Origin: Eledone cirrhosa
Lineage: Eukaryota
Reading direction: 5' to 3'
DNA: 64,000 nucleotides
Assembly: GCA_964016885.1 (NCBI GenBank)
Contig: OZ024761.1
Span: 26,040,001 to 26,104,000 of the forward strand
Of this stretch, positions 1 to 13,020 are shown piece by piece (positions within the stretch are counted from its first letter, which is position 1; each line of letters begins with the position of its first letter). The notes under the pieces were generated by a model. That model was not told the origin of the DNA, made no database searches, and saw only the letters and a program-made list of their open reading frames with translations. Made by a program: the position numbers and the translations under genes.

Positions 1-271
1 GTTCGATTCGATTTGATAGATGTATGAGTCTCTAACCTTTGACACGGAAGAATATTTCGAAATAGCTGTCAGTTAAGAGATATTATCAAACGATATATTT
101 CTTTTTATCTACTTTAAATATCTATTTGAAGCATTTCTCAATAGTTTAGTATTGCAGGCGCCCTTCTTTGGCCCGTTACCACACTTCTTGGGGAAAAAAC
201 ACTTTACTGATACAAGTTCCTTTGTATTTCTACAAGGATAAATGATTCCATGCTTTGTTAATTTCTTTGTG

Positions 272-1365
272 ATTTCAAATTCGGACACCAAATCTAGACA
301 CATATTGGGTCGAAGGTAATCTGGCTTTTATTAACTTTGAAATTCAAACTCCAAACGAGACACAATGGATCGAAGGTAATCCAGCATATAATTACTTTCA
401 AAGTTAGACTGCATATTAGTCATATAAATTGCCGAAGCTAATCAGGCATCCAATGATTTTGATTTTGAAATTCAAACTCCAACTAGACATACAATAGGTC
501 GAAGCTAATTCGCTATATTTTGTCTTACAAATTCAGACACAAAACTAGATACATATTGGGCCAAAGTTAATCCGTCATTTAATGGCTAAAAATTTCAGAC
601 ACCAAAGTAGTTACATTCTGGGCCGAACTTAATCTAGCATTTAATTACTTTGATTTTGAAATTAAAACTCCAAACTAGACACACAATGGGCAGAACTTAA
701 TCCGGCATTTAATAATTTTCAAATTCAGACACCAAACTAGACATATATTGGCCTGAAGCTAATCTGTTATATTTTGTCTTCCAAATTCAGACACCAAACT
801 AGATACATATTGGGCCAAAGCTAATCCAGCATATAATTGTTTTCAAAGTTAGACTGCATACTAGACATATATCAGGCCGAACTAAACCTGCATTTATTGA
901 CTTTGACTTTCAAATTCAAACTCCAAACTAGACGCATATTGGGCTGAAGCTAATCCGGGATATTGTGTCTTCCAAATTCAGACACCAAACTAGATACACA
1001 ATGGGCCGAACGTAATCCGGCATTTAATGGCTTCGAAATTCAGACACCAAACTATATACATATTGGGCCAAAGTTAACCCTGCATATAATTACTTTCAAG
1101 GTTAGACTGAATACTAGTCATACATCAGGCCGAAGCTAATCCGGCATTTAATTACTTTGATTTTGAAATTCAAATTCCAAGACACCAAACTTGATACACA
1201 ATGCGCCGAACGTAATCCGGCATTTAATGGCTTCCAAATTCAGACACCAAAGTAGTTACATATTGGGCCGAAACCAATCAGGATTTAATCACTTTTAAAT
1301 TCAGACTCCAGACTAAATGGACATTGAGCTGAAGTTAACCCGGCATTTAATGGCAGTCAGACACT
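272..1365. repeat. Diverged ~62-bp tandem (mini)satellite, about 17 units
   Basis: The unit ~aaattcagacaccaaactagatacatattgggccgaagctaatccggcatttaatggcttcc recurs throughout. Some units carry a 6-bp tttgat insertion. Confidence 0.9.
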
Positions 1366-1639
1366 TAGATTACAGGACTACGCCATCGAAGACACGTCAG
1401 TTCATCACAGAGTTACCATGTTAGATGTCTCCAGGAACCGAAAGCCTGAATCTTATGATAATATATACCTCAGCACAACACTACCCATTAAGACACGTGC
1501 CTTCACACACACACATATGTCTATATATATATATATATATATACATATATATACACACGCATATATGATATATAGAGATAGAATAGATAGATAAATAGAT
1601 AAATAGATAGATAGAAAGACACACACACCCATATATAAT

Positions 1640-1674
<35 letters not shown>

Positions 1675-2424
1675 CTTACATAGATATACATACATACGTT
1701 GGTATTAGTTCGTATGTAATTATAAGTTTATAAATTTATTAAGCGTATTGTTCTGGAACTAATTTGGACATGAATAATAACAATAATAATAATATTAATA
1801 ATAATATCATTATTATTATTATTATTATTAGAGAATTAATTAATTAGTATAGTTCATTATATATTAGGTAATTTTCGTGTAAGACTAATTACTTTATCTA
1901 CATCATCTATTTAGTTATTCTGGCTCTATACACTATGAGTATTTTTAACTTCACCGAAACAAAAATGGAGACAACTAAAGTCATAAATATATTGGGTAAT
2001 TTGGTAGATTTCTGTGTGTAGCATGACCAAGCAATGTACATATGTTAATATTTCCTGACGCAGTGGTTCTCGAATAGACAGACAGCTCATGACACCGAGG
2101 GAACGAAGTTCAAATTTCAAGGGAGATAATTTTTATCAGAAAATGGATTCCAAACTGAGAACGAATAGTGAACCTTGTGAATTTCTTAAATTAATCGCCA
2201 ATATACACAACTTTTAGGGTGATATATCAATATATATATATATCTATATATATATATATATATATATTTATAAAAAAAACAGATTAAAGTTTAAGCAAGG
2301 AATCGCTTATATTTATCCTTATTCAGCCCTCTTTGGATTTTAGTCTTCAAATTTATTATTATTACTATATATATATATATATATATATAATAGAACACTG
2401 GTGGGTTATACCCGTTGTAGTAGA

Positions 2425-2593
2425 AAGTCGATTAAACCGAACCCAGTGCGTGACTGGTACTTTAATTATATCGACCCCGTAAAGATGAAAGGCAAAGTTA
2501 ACCTCGGCGGGATTTCAACTCAGATCATAAATTGCTGAAACTATGCTGGAAAGCATGGTGTCCGACTCTCTACCGATACAGTCAAACCACCAC
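2425..2593 (-). mobile_element. tRNA-derived SINE, family A (Meta-domain-like core), diverged copy
   Basis: Reverse complement of the family core gttcaaatcccgccgaggttaactttgcctttcatcc..ggggtcgata..aaagtaccag. Confidence 0.8.
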
Positions 2594-2609
2594 TCTAATG
2601 CCATTATAT

Positions 2610-2812
2610 GATGGGTTCTTATGTAGGCACAGGGCCATCAATTTGCGGAGAGGGGTAAGTCGATTAAATCGACCCCAGTGCGTGGTTGGTACTTTATTTG
2701 ATCGACTCCGTAAGGAAAAAAGGCAAATTCAACCTCAGCGGGATTTGACTTCAGATCATAAAGAGGCTACGAAGCATGGCGTCCGACAATCTAATACTAC
2801 TGCCAATCCACA
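2610..2812 (-). mobile_element. SINE family A, diverged copy
   Basis: Same core, plus the head ctgccaatccac. Confidence 0.75.
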
Positions 2813-3284
2813 CATTATATAATAAAAATAAAATGAAATAAAATGAAATGAAAGAAATAAAATAGAATGTATAAAAGAAAATACTTGTATGCAGGTGTAT
2901 GGTCAGCTACGGCTTTAAATCTTCAATTTTCTTTTTTCTCATTTACGATAATATTTCATTATATTTGATGTTGAAGTCTCTAACTAATTAGTAACGAAGA
3001 AATGGTTTAATGAACTGTTTTACAATGTGATACTTTGTCCATTAGTAATTCATTTTCATAGAAAAAAAAGCCCATAGCAAAGAACCTCAATAAGCCTGAC
3101 TGACATAATGTCCTCCCCACGCAAGAATGTCTTTCTTTCTAGCTCACGTTGTCTCATTATTTATTTAGTATGAACGCTAATATAATTTGTTACAACATTG
3201 TTTTGTTTCTGTTTTCATCATTGAATCAATTCAGCCACAGCGATTCTAACTTCAAGTGGCAGCGACAACATTTAAAAAGCATAC

Positions 3285-3455
3285 GTATATATATATATAT
3301 ATATATACATATACATACATATACATACACATACATATACACACACATATACATACATATACATGTTTCATATATACACATATATATATATATACACACA
3401 TATATATATATGTACATATATATATATATATATGTACATATATATATACATATAT

Positions 3456-3502
<47 letters not shown>

Positions 3503-3883
3503 TATATATATGTACATACATATATATATATGTACATATATATATATATATATATGTACAAATATATATATATATACACACATATATATATATATGTACA
3601 TATATATATATATATATATATACACATACATATATATATACACATACATATATATATATATGTACATATATATATATATATATATACACATACATATATA
3701 TATATATATATATACACATACATATATATATATATATATATACACATACATATATATATATATATATATACACATACATATATATATATATATATACACA
3801 TACATATATATATATATACACATACATATATATATACACATATATATATATATATACACATACATATATATATATATATGTAC

Positions 3884-3916
<33 letters not shown>

Positions 3917-4111
3917 TATATATATATACACATACATATATATATATACACATACATATATATATATATATGTACATATATATATATGTACATATATGTA
4001 TATATATATACATATATGTATCTATATATACATATATGTATATATATATACATATATATATATATATACACATACATATATATATATACACATACATATA
4101 TATATATGTAC

Positions 4112-4142
<31 letters not shown>

Positions 4143-4331
4143 CACATACATAAATATATATATATATATACACATACATATATATATATATATATATACA
4201 CATACATATATATATATATATATACACATACATAAATATATATATATACACATACATAAATATATATATATACACATACATAAATATATATATATGTACA
4301 TATATATACATATATATATATATATACATAC

Positions 4332-4372
<41 letters not shown>

Positions 4373-4407
4373 TATACATATATGTACATATATGTACATA
4401 TATATAT

Positions 4408-4438
<31 letters not shown>

Positions 4439-4769
4439 TATACATATATGTACATATATGTATATATATATATATATATATACACATACATATATATATA
4501 TATTTATATACACATACATATATATATATGTACATACATATATATATATGTACATATATGTACATATATATATATATATACACATACATATATATATATG
4601 TACATATATGTACATATATATATATATACACATACATATATATATATGTCCATATATGTACATATATATATATATATATACACATACATATATATATGTC
4701 CATATATATATATATATACACATACATATATATATATATACACATACATGTATATATATGTCCATATAG

Positions 4770-4810
<41 letters not shown>

Positions 4811-4878
4811 CATATATATATATGTACATATATGTACATATATATATATACACATACATATATATATATTTACATATA

Positions 4879-4918
<40 letters not shown>

Positions 4919-4965
4919 CATATATATATATGTACATATATGTACATATATATATATACACATAC

Positions 4966-4996
<31 letters not shown>

Positions 4997-5012
4997 TATA
5001 TATACACATATA

Positions 5013-5052
<40 letters not shown>

Positions 5053-5175
5053 TACACATATATATATATATATACACATATATATATACATACACATATA
5101 TATATACACAATAATATATACATATATATATACACATATATATACATATATATATACACATATATATACATACAC

Positions 5176-5210
<35 letters not shown>

Positions 5211-5515
5211 GATATATATATATATATTCATACATATATAGATATATATATATATATTCATACATATATATACTTACATATATACATATACATATATATA
5301 TATACATACATATACACATATGTATATATACTTACATATATACATATATATATATACTTACATATATACATACACAGATATATATATATATACTTACATA
5401 TATACATACACACATATATACATATATATATATACTTACATATATACATACACACATATATACATATATATATATACTTACATATATACATACACACATA
5501 GATACATATATATAT
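3285..5515. repeat. Compound (TA)n/(CA)n microsatellite block
   Basis: Directly visible. It is the source of the YI/HT/MC ORFs. Confidence 0.97.
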
Positions 5516-5640
5516 AGTCGAAAATGAACGAACAAAACACAGGAGGCAATTGTACAGTTATATTAGGTTCACGCAGAGAGAGGGAGAGAGAGAGAGAGAG
5601 ATACACTGTTTATACATATATGTTTATATACACATGTTTT

Positions 5641-5688
<48 letters not shown>

Positions 5689-5747
5689 CAGTATGTGGTT
5701 GACGGCTGAGAAAAAAGGAATACTCAATATTGATGTAGAGTTTTAAT

Positions 5748-5890
5748 ATTCGCCTTATTAAAACTAAACAGTGAAGCTTGTTACATTGGAGTTTATCCTT
5801 TGTTTACGAAAAGGTCATGCCTGGTGACCCTCTGATAAACAGGGCGAAACCCCAGTGTAACAAGACTCACTGATTAGCCTTAAAATGAAT
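5748..5890. mobile_element. Imperfect palindromic (hairpin) MITE-like element
   Basis: Arms cagtgaagcttgttacattggagttt and aaaccccagtgtaacaagactcactg. A related copy lies at 29287-29431. Confidence 0.6.
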
Positions 5891-6162
5891 CTCTCTCTCT
5901 CATATATATATATATAGTGTCCCCCACAAAAATATACATACACACTTCAACAACATTCTCATAAATATTGCCTCTACAGGTAATCAAAGTGTGTTTACAC
6001 TGTTATCAACAACAATAATCAGAACGACTATAGTGTGACGTATTGAAAGACATGTTGGCCCCTTGGGTTATCAAAAAATGGCTTAAAATATTTATTCCGT
6101 CTTTCCGAGTTCAAATCTCAGTTTTCGGCTCGATATCTAAAGTATTATTGTGTATTGTTATA

Positions 6163-6350
6163 GGGCGGTGGATTGGCAGTATCAGTAGAGAGTCGGACGC
6201 CATGCTTTCCAGCATAGTTACGTCCCTTTACGGTCTGAGTTGAAATCCCGCCGAGGTTAACTTTGTCTTTCATCCTTACGGGGTCGATAAAATAAAGTAC
6301 CAGTAATGTACTGAGTAATTGCTGGCCTTGTGCGAAAAGTAGAAACAATT
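6163..6350 (+). mobile_element. SINE family A, full length, 17-bp TSD
   Basis: A-box-like tggcagtatcagtag, a B-box-like segment and the tail agtagaaacaatt. TSD attattgtgtattgtta at 6144-6160 and 6348-6364. Confidence 0.9.
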
Positions 6351-6949
6351 ATTGTGTATTGTTAGACTGGTGATAGCAACAGCAAGTGACTACCAGTAGA
6401 GTTGTTAGAACGTTGGAACGTCGGTAAACCAAACAAACAAACAAAAACCATCGATATATTTATTTTGTTCAAATTTACATTCCGAGTTGAAATCTTGACA
6501 CGATCGTCTTTTAATTTGATCACTTCCCGAGCGATGAACAATGTTCTTTTCAATGGCATTGGAGGAGGAGGACGACAAAAACAACAACGACAATAACACC
6601 AACAATAACAACAAGAAGCATCTTGTAGACAGTGTTCACTATGCAGCAAAGGTTCGTCTGAGGTCTCTGGATTTGATCATAAGCACGCCATTTCCTCATA
6701 ACAATTTTCTAAGAATCTGACCTCATCTACAGCAATAACACTATCTACTATTACTACTACTATAACTACTACTAATACTAGTATAAAAACCACGAAAGCT
6801 AGAACAAACGCCAACAATCAACATTGCCTACTTCAATTCCGATAACCACAGGAAGTCTAACAACCATAGCATCTACCACAACAAACAATCATAACAAGAA
6901 CCACAATAACGACACTAACAAACTCTCCCAAACTAACAAACATCACAAC

Positions 6950-7530
6950 AGAAACAACAACAACCACAATAAGAACACTATCGCAACTACAAAAACAATA
7001 CTAACAAGCACAACAACACGAACAATAAAACAGCAACAACAATAACAGCCACAACCACAAACAACACAACAACAACCCCACAACAACCACAAACAACACA
7101 ACCCCACAACAACAACAGCACTGACAACACAAACCCACAACAACCACAACAAACAACAACAACAACAACAACCCCACAATAACCACAACCTCACGAACCA
7201 CACCCACAACAACCACAATAACAACCCTACAACAACCACAATAACAACAACCCAACAAACAATAACAACCCTACAACAATAACAACCACAATAACAACCC
7301 AACAACAACACAAGCACAATAACAACCCTACAGCAATAACAACAACACAACAACCACAATAAGAACCCTACAACAATAACAACACAACAACCATAATAAC
7401 AACCCTACAACAATAACAACAACCCAACAACCACAATAACAACAACACAACAACCACAATAACCAAAATAACAACAACCACAATAACAACAACCCTACAA
7501 CAATAACAACAACACAACAACCACAATGAC
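6950..7530. repeat. (CAA)n-derived low-complexity tract
   Basis: Directly visible. Confidence 0.9.
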
Positions 7531-7651
7531 AACTAGTTAATCAAATAAGATTCCTTCCTTCATTAAAATATTTAAATTTTTATGTTTTAAATATTTAACG
7601 AATCTCTTCTATCATGACATTTAAATATTACATTTCTAATTTCTTTACTTC

Positions 7652-8620
7652 TGTCTGTGTGTTTGTGTGTTTGTGTGTTTGTGTGTACGTGTGTACGTGT
7701 GTACGTGTGTACGTGTGTACGTGTGTACGTGTGTACGTGTGTACGTGTACGTGTACGTGTGTGTGTACGTGTGTGTGTACGTGTGTACGTGTGTACGTGT
7801 GTGCGCGTGTGCGTGTGCGTGTGCGTGTGCGTGTGTGTGCGTGTGCGTGTGCGTGTGTGTGTGCGTGTCTTTTTTTTTAGTTTGTAATTACTTAATTAAA
7901 GATATTTTTTTATATTTTTCGTGTGACATTAAATAATTGATAATAACCTTAATGACAATAATTACTGTGACAGTGGCTGGTGTGGGTGATGGCGGGGGTG
8001 AGGATGGCATTGGTGGTGGGGTGTCTCGTGCAGGTAGACATCTTTGGTGGGGCGTGTAGTGGTGGGTCTCGTGGGCTGGGGCTCTTCGTGGTAGAGCTGG
8101 AAAGTTCTTTGGTATGGTGTCTTGTTGTGGGGTGGCTAATCGTGGTGGTCATGGAGGTGGAGAGGTCTTTGGTGGGGTGTGTAGTGGTGGGTCTCGTGGA
8201 TGGGGGGGGGGTAGTCGTGGTGGTGATGGAGGTGGAGAGGTCTTTGGTGGGGTGTGTAGTGGTGGGTCTCGTGGATGTGGGGGTTAGTCGTGGTGGTGAT
8301 GGAGGTGGAGAATGTTTTTGGTGGAGAGGTCTTTGGTGGGGTGTGTAGCCGTGGGTCTGGCGGGGTTGTGTTGGTGATGTGTGTATGGGGGGCGCTAGTC
8401 GTGGTGGTGATCGAGCGGTCTTCTGGTGAGGTGTGTAGTGGTGGCTCTCGTGGGGTGTATGTTGGTGGGGCTAGGCGTGGTCGTGGTGGAGCGGCTTTTG
8501 GTGGGAAGTGTAGTGGTGCTGGTTCTGGTGGCGCTGGTTGAGTTGGTGATAGGTGATAATTGAGATGTTAAGTTTGATTGGTGTAGTGGGGTCTCTGATG
8601 GTGGTAGTGGTGTTGGTGGT
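7652..8620. repeat. (GT)n/GTGTGTAC microsatellite followed by a GGT-rich degenerate minisatellite
   Basis: Directly visible. The unit gtggtggtgatggaggtggagaggtctttggtggggtgtgtagt is repeated. Confidence 0.85.
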
Positions 8621-8712
8621 GGTAGACTTGGGTACTAGACAACCGAATATAGTTATAATAATTAATATGAAATCAATTTTCATATTTCATTTTATTATAT
8701 AATAGTTTCTAT

Positions 8713-9469
8713 AATCCCGCCGAGGTTAACTTGGCCTTTCATCCTTCCGGTGTCGATAGAATAAAGTACCAGTAATGCACTGGCTAATTGCTGGCCTTGT
8801 GCCAAAAGTAGAAACAATTATATAATTGTTTCTACGTTCGTCATAAGGCCAGCAATCATGCACTACATTACTGGTACTTTATTCTATCGACCTTGTAAGG
8901 ATGAAAGGCAAAGATGACATCGACGGGATTTGAACTAAGACCGTAAAGGGACGTAACTATGCTGGGAAAGTATGGCGTCCGACCCTCTAACAATACTGAC
9001 AATTCACCGCCCTCTATTATATAATCTACTGCAAGTTGTATTTCTGCTGTGACGCACTAAAGTGTGTCCAGCGTCATCACTATTTTTTAAATCGTCAGTA
9101 CTTAACAATTGCTGATGCCATGGGACCATACATACATTCATTGCTTCTACTTTTCGCACAAGGCCAGCAATTTTCCCCCAGTGCATTACTGGTACTTTAT
9201 TTTATCGACCTCGTAAGGATGAAAGGCAAAGTTAACCTCGGCGGTAAAGGGCAGTTACTCTATGCTGAAAAGCATGGAGTCCGACCCTCTGGTGATTCTG
9301 CCAACATAATATAATCGTTTATACTTTTGGCACAAGGCCAGCGATTAAATTAGTGTATTACTGGTACTTTATTTTATCAACCCCGTAAGGATGAAAGGCA
9401 AAGTTAACCTTGGCGGGATTTGAACTCAGACCATAAAGGAAAGCATGGTGTCCGACCCTCTAATGCCAA
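8713..9469. mobile_element. Cluster of four SINE family A copies (8713-8820 +, 8824-9012 -, 9140-9305 -, 9314-9469 -)
   Basis: Each carries the tcatcctt.cgg..tcgata..ataaagtaccagtaa core. The first two are tail-to-tail. Confidence 0.85.
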
Positions 9470-9478
9470 CATAATATA

Positions 9479-10130
9479 ATACCAGTCTAGTACAGGAGCT
9501 GATTCTTCTTCTATATCTCTTTCTCACTTTCTCTATCCTTCTCAGAAAGAAATCTGCTATATTCAGGCCTTGGGAGGCGATGAGCTTCACCATTTTTTTT
9601 TTAAAGATGCCCTAGAATCGTCGTATATCAATGTTGTGCTCTTTCCACTCCCTCAAGAATTCCGAGACCATACCTGCATACACATTTCATACCAGTCTAG
9701 TACTGGGGGGTCGATTCTTCTATCTGTTCCTCACGTCTATTCTTTTACTCTCTATGTCTCTCTGGGAGAAATCTGCTGAATTAAGACCTGGAGAAGAGCT
9801 AGGCTTCACCAGTTGTTTTTTTTTTAAATGCCTTATATACATCATATATAGATACGGTGTCCTTACCAATCCCTCAAGACTTACCAGGTCATACCTGTAT
9901 ACAAATATAATACCAATCTAGTGCAGGAGTCGATTCGTCGATATCTCTTTCTCACTTCAATGCTCTTACTTTCAAAACTTCTCTGAAGGAAATCTGCTAT
10001 ATTCAGACCTTGGGAGGAGATGAGCCTCACCAGGTTTTTTTTTTTAAATACCCCAAGAATCACCTTATGACAATACAATGCGCTTTTGATCCCCTCAGGA
10101 GTTACGGGTACATACATAAATACATACATG
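9479..10130. repeat. Three diverged tandem copies of a ~215-bp unit
   Basis: Units start atacca(g/a)tctagt at ~9479, ~9689 and ~9910 and share aaatctgct..ccttgggagg.gatgagc.tcacca. Confidence 0.8.
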
Positions 10131-10149
10131 ATAGTATCAAACTCTTAAG

Positions 10150-10665
10150 AGTATTGCAATCGCTTGTCAGATTACAGAAACGTGTTCACTTTTAGGTACG
10201 GCCAGCCACACGAACCTGTAACAGATCCTAAACAATCAATGCCTGTGCTTTGAAGATTTTTTAAGTGGGGGAAAGGCCTTGGACTCGACCAATCCCACTC
10301 TCTGAGCATCGACAACATTACCCGAAAAGAGAACTGGTCAACATCATCGGATACCTCCTAACCCACAGGGTTTTACTTTTTCAGAGTTTCCCTCTCTTAG
10401 AACGGTGTTCTGATAACAACTGGGGGCATTTCACTCCCAGTTGAAAAATAAAGTACTGTTTGTATGGCCGTTGACTCTGCTGCTGAGTCCCTTCGCCCTT
10501 CGACGGGTCTTGTAGTTCATCCCGCAGGGTGTCCAAATATCACTCTCCACACTAAGCAAGCTTGGTGGGGTTGCCGGTTTAGTCGCCGACGACCCGACCA
10601 ATGAGACAGGTTGTACAGGGTTACATGTTGCCAGTAGCATTCGAGAGCGACCTGACATATATATG
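10150..10665 (-). mobile_element. Dispersed repeat, probably the 5' region of an RTE-clade LINE
   Basis: 10150-10328 is duplicated at 43165-43290. The reverse strand has ggacaccctgcgggatgaactacaagacc and ctaagagagggaaactctga, which resemble RTE 5' UTRs (recalled, unverified). Confidence 0.5.
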
Positions 10666-11372
10666 GCCAGACACTCATATACATATAGATACATAGAAAT
10701 ACTGCCTCTAATACGCACCTCACACGTACCTCACACAAGGCTTTTCCCCCCCTCAAAGATAACAAAAGAAAACATCGTTAAAAATGTATTATGAAGGTGA
10801 AGATTAATAATAATTTTAATATCAAATAACGCTTAATTATAATATAATTACTTTAATTACACATATTAAACAGCTAATAAATCAAATTACACATTGCCGC
10901 CAGTGAAAATAAGAATGGAAATTATTTAATGCATCATCCGTCCACAGAAGGGCATTGTTGTGTTTGTTGATGATGATGATGATGATGATAAGGTTGTGTC
11001 TGTTGTTGATGATAATGATGTGTCTTGTTGATGGTGAGGCTGTGTCTGTTGCTGATGATGATGATGATGATGATGATGAGCCTGTTGCTGATGTTCATGA
11101 GGTTCTTGTATCTATTGCTGTTGATGATAATATGGTTGTGTCTGTTGTGGATGATGATGATGATTATCTAATTATTATCAGTAGTATTAATATTATCATT
11201 ATTAATCATTATGCTATGCATTTTTTCAATAATTAATAATTCATTGTTTTATTATGCTTGGTAATTACACATTTTGTTTTTCAACCGAACAACATTGTCC
11301 TTCAGGCAACCGCCACACATACATACATACACATCTATCTATATCCATACACACACATATACATACATACAA

Positions 11373-11403
<31 letters not shown>

Positions 11404-11446
11404 TGTATGTATGTATGTATGTATGTATGTATGTATGTACGTAAGT

Positions 11447-11605
11447 ATATCCCGTGTTCAATCAGGGGTAACCATAGTAAGAAAGGCACTCAATACATAG
11501 CCCGAGTATATAAATAGTTAATATTCAAATGGCTTCTGCAGGACTAGAACTCTTTCATTCAAAACCTTCTCCCGAATGAAACAGTTCTAGTCCTGTAGTA
11601 GCTAT

Positions 11606-11610
<5 letters not shown>
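11447..11610. mobile_element. Dispersed repeat ending in a hairpin; relatives at ~23510-23610 and ~33205-33295
   Basis: Shared atcccg.gttcaat...ggta.cca...caatacatagc and ctacaggactagaac. The hairpin spans 11521-11610. Confidence 0.6.
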
Positions 11611-11647
<37 letters not shown>

Positions 11648-12381
11648 TTGTTTTTGAAATGCGCATAATAAAATACATGGAACTTTTTTAACCATCTTTT
11701 AATTTCTTATATATGTATGTATGTATAAAATATCGAGTTTGAAGAGCGAGTATATTAGAATTTGTAAAATAATGGGAAGAATTCAACGCAATGAAGCTGT
11801 TAAAACACCAAAATGCTGTCAATGATGGCGTCGTGTAAAATTTACCTCAGAGGAAAGAAATAATGGGTAGAGGTGTATTGGACCGGAGAAGTGATAGGAA
11901 GATAAGAGACGAGGAAGAAAAATGGACGAGAGAAGATCACACACAAACATAATTTTTTCTGAGTTGGGCAACAGAGTAGTCAACTCAGTTAAACAATTTT
12001 TGCAACAGGGATTCCTGAATTTATGAGACAAAAACAGGACAGAAAGCACTAAAAGGCGTCCTGCTCCCATATTATACCGACGAGTCTATTACATCACCAG
12101 ATATTAAAGCTTCCATTCAATATGGTTGCCTATGTTTTGTTCAAGTCATATGCACATGTGCGTGTCGACAATTGACATTTTGGGTTGGTTGGTTGTTTGT
12201 TTATTTGTGTCTATTTCACGAGTTAGTCAGGAGAGGGGGTAGTACAGGTGCCGTGGCTCTATTTCTCCAGGTGGTCTTTTAGATTGGCAGAATTGAAGAA
12301 AAGTCCATTTTCAAATCGGACACCTGGTGGCAGCACTTACAGTAGGTTAGAACCCACAAATTTCTCCCGCGAAACAGCTCG

Positions 12382-13020
12382 TCGTGTTCAAACGAATAAC
12401 AGTTGGAATTTAATCAACATGCTGGATTATATAAGGTTTTTAAAAGGAGTTAAATCATAATTTTTCGTTCAATATTCTTTGAATAGACGTGTTATAATAT
12501 TATCTAATATAGTCAGTTTTATTTCAAACATCAGTCAGTCATATTACACCTGCTTTCAACACGTCAGTTCCCCTATCTCAGCAGTTACATCACTTGTAAG
12601 GCTTATCTTATTTCAAATAGTGAGAAGGAAGGAAGAAATTTATCCTCAACCAACAGCGTAGTAATTTCAAAATATTCACAATGCTTGCAACATAAAAGAG
12701 ACTTCTAAAGGCGCACAATACTTGCAACGCAGAATAGACACTTCTAACAGCTCACAAGGAACAGGTGGTAGTGTTCAAACGAGCAACGCTTTGAATCTAA
12801 CATGGTAGATTATATGATGTTTTTGAGAAGAGCGTACGTTATTATTTCTAATTCAATAGAAATCTAAAATAAATTCATTTTCAATCATCTCTGTTTGAAT
12901 AGCCTTCTGATAACATAATCAAAAGTTGTTAGTTTTACTTCAAACGTCAGACATATTGTATCTGCTTTCAACACATTAGTTCGCCTATCTCAGCGGTTTC
13001 ATCGCTTTTAAAAGTCTTAT
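12382..13020. repeat. Diverged direct duplication (~240 bp, period ~390 bp)
   Basis: gt(g)ttcaaacga...ctgctttcaacac...cctatctcagc occurs at ~12384-12606 and ~12772-13020. Confidence 0.7.

Noticed and set aside
272-1365. Possible CRISPR array
   Set aside because: Whole units are homologous with no unique spacers, there are no cas genes, and the context is eukaryotic.
3149-5535. Long YI/HT/MC-rich ORFs (also at 16150-18302, 31444-38404 and 45877-46857)
   Set aside because: These are translations of (TA)n/(CA)n microsatellites that simply lack stop codons.
6163-6255. SINE heads as tRNA genes
   Set aside because: They have A/B boxes but no complete cloverleaf, and they always continue into a SINE body with a TSD.
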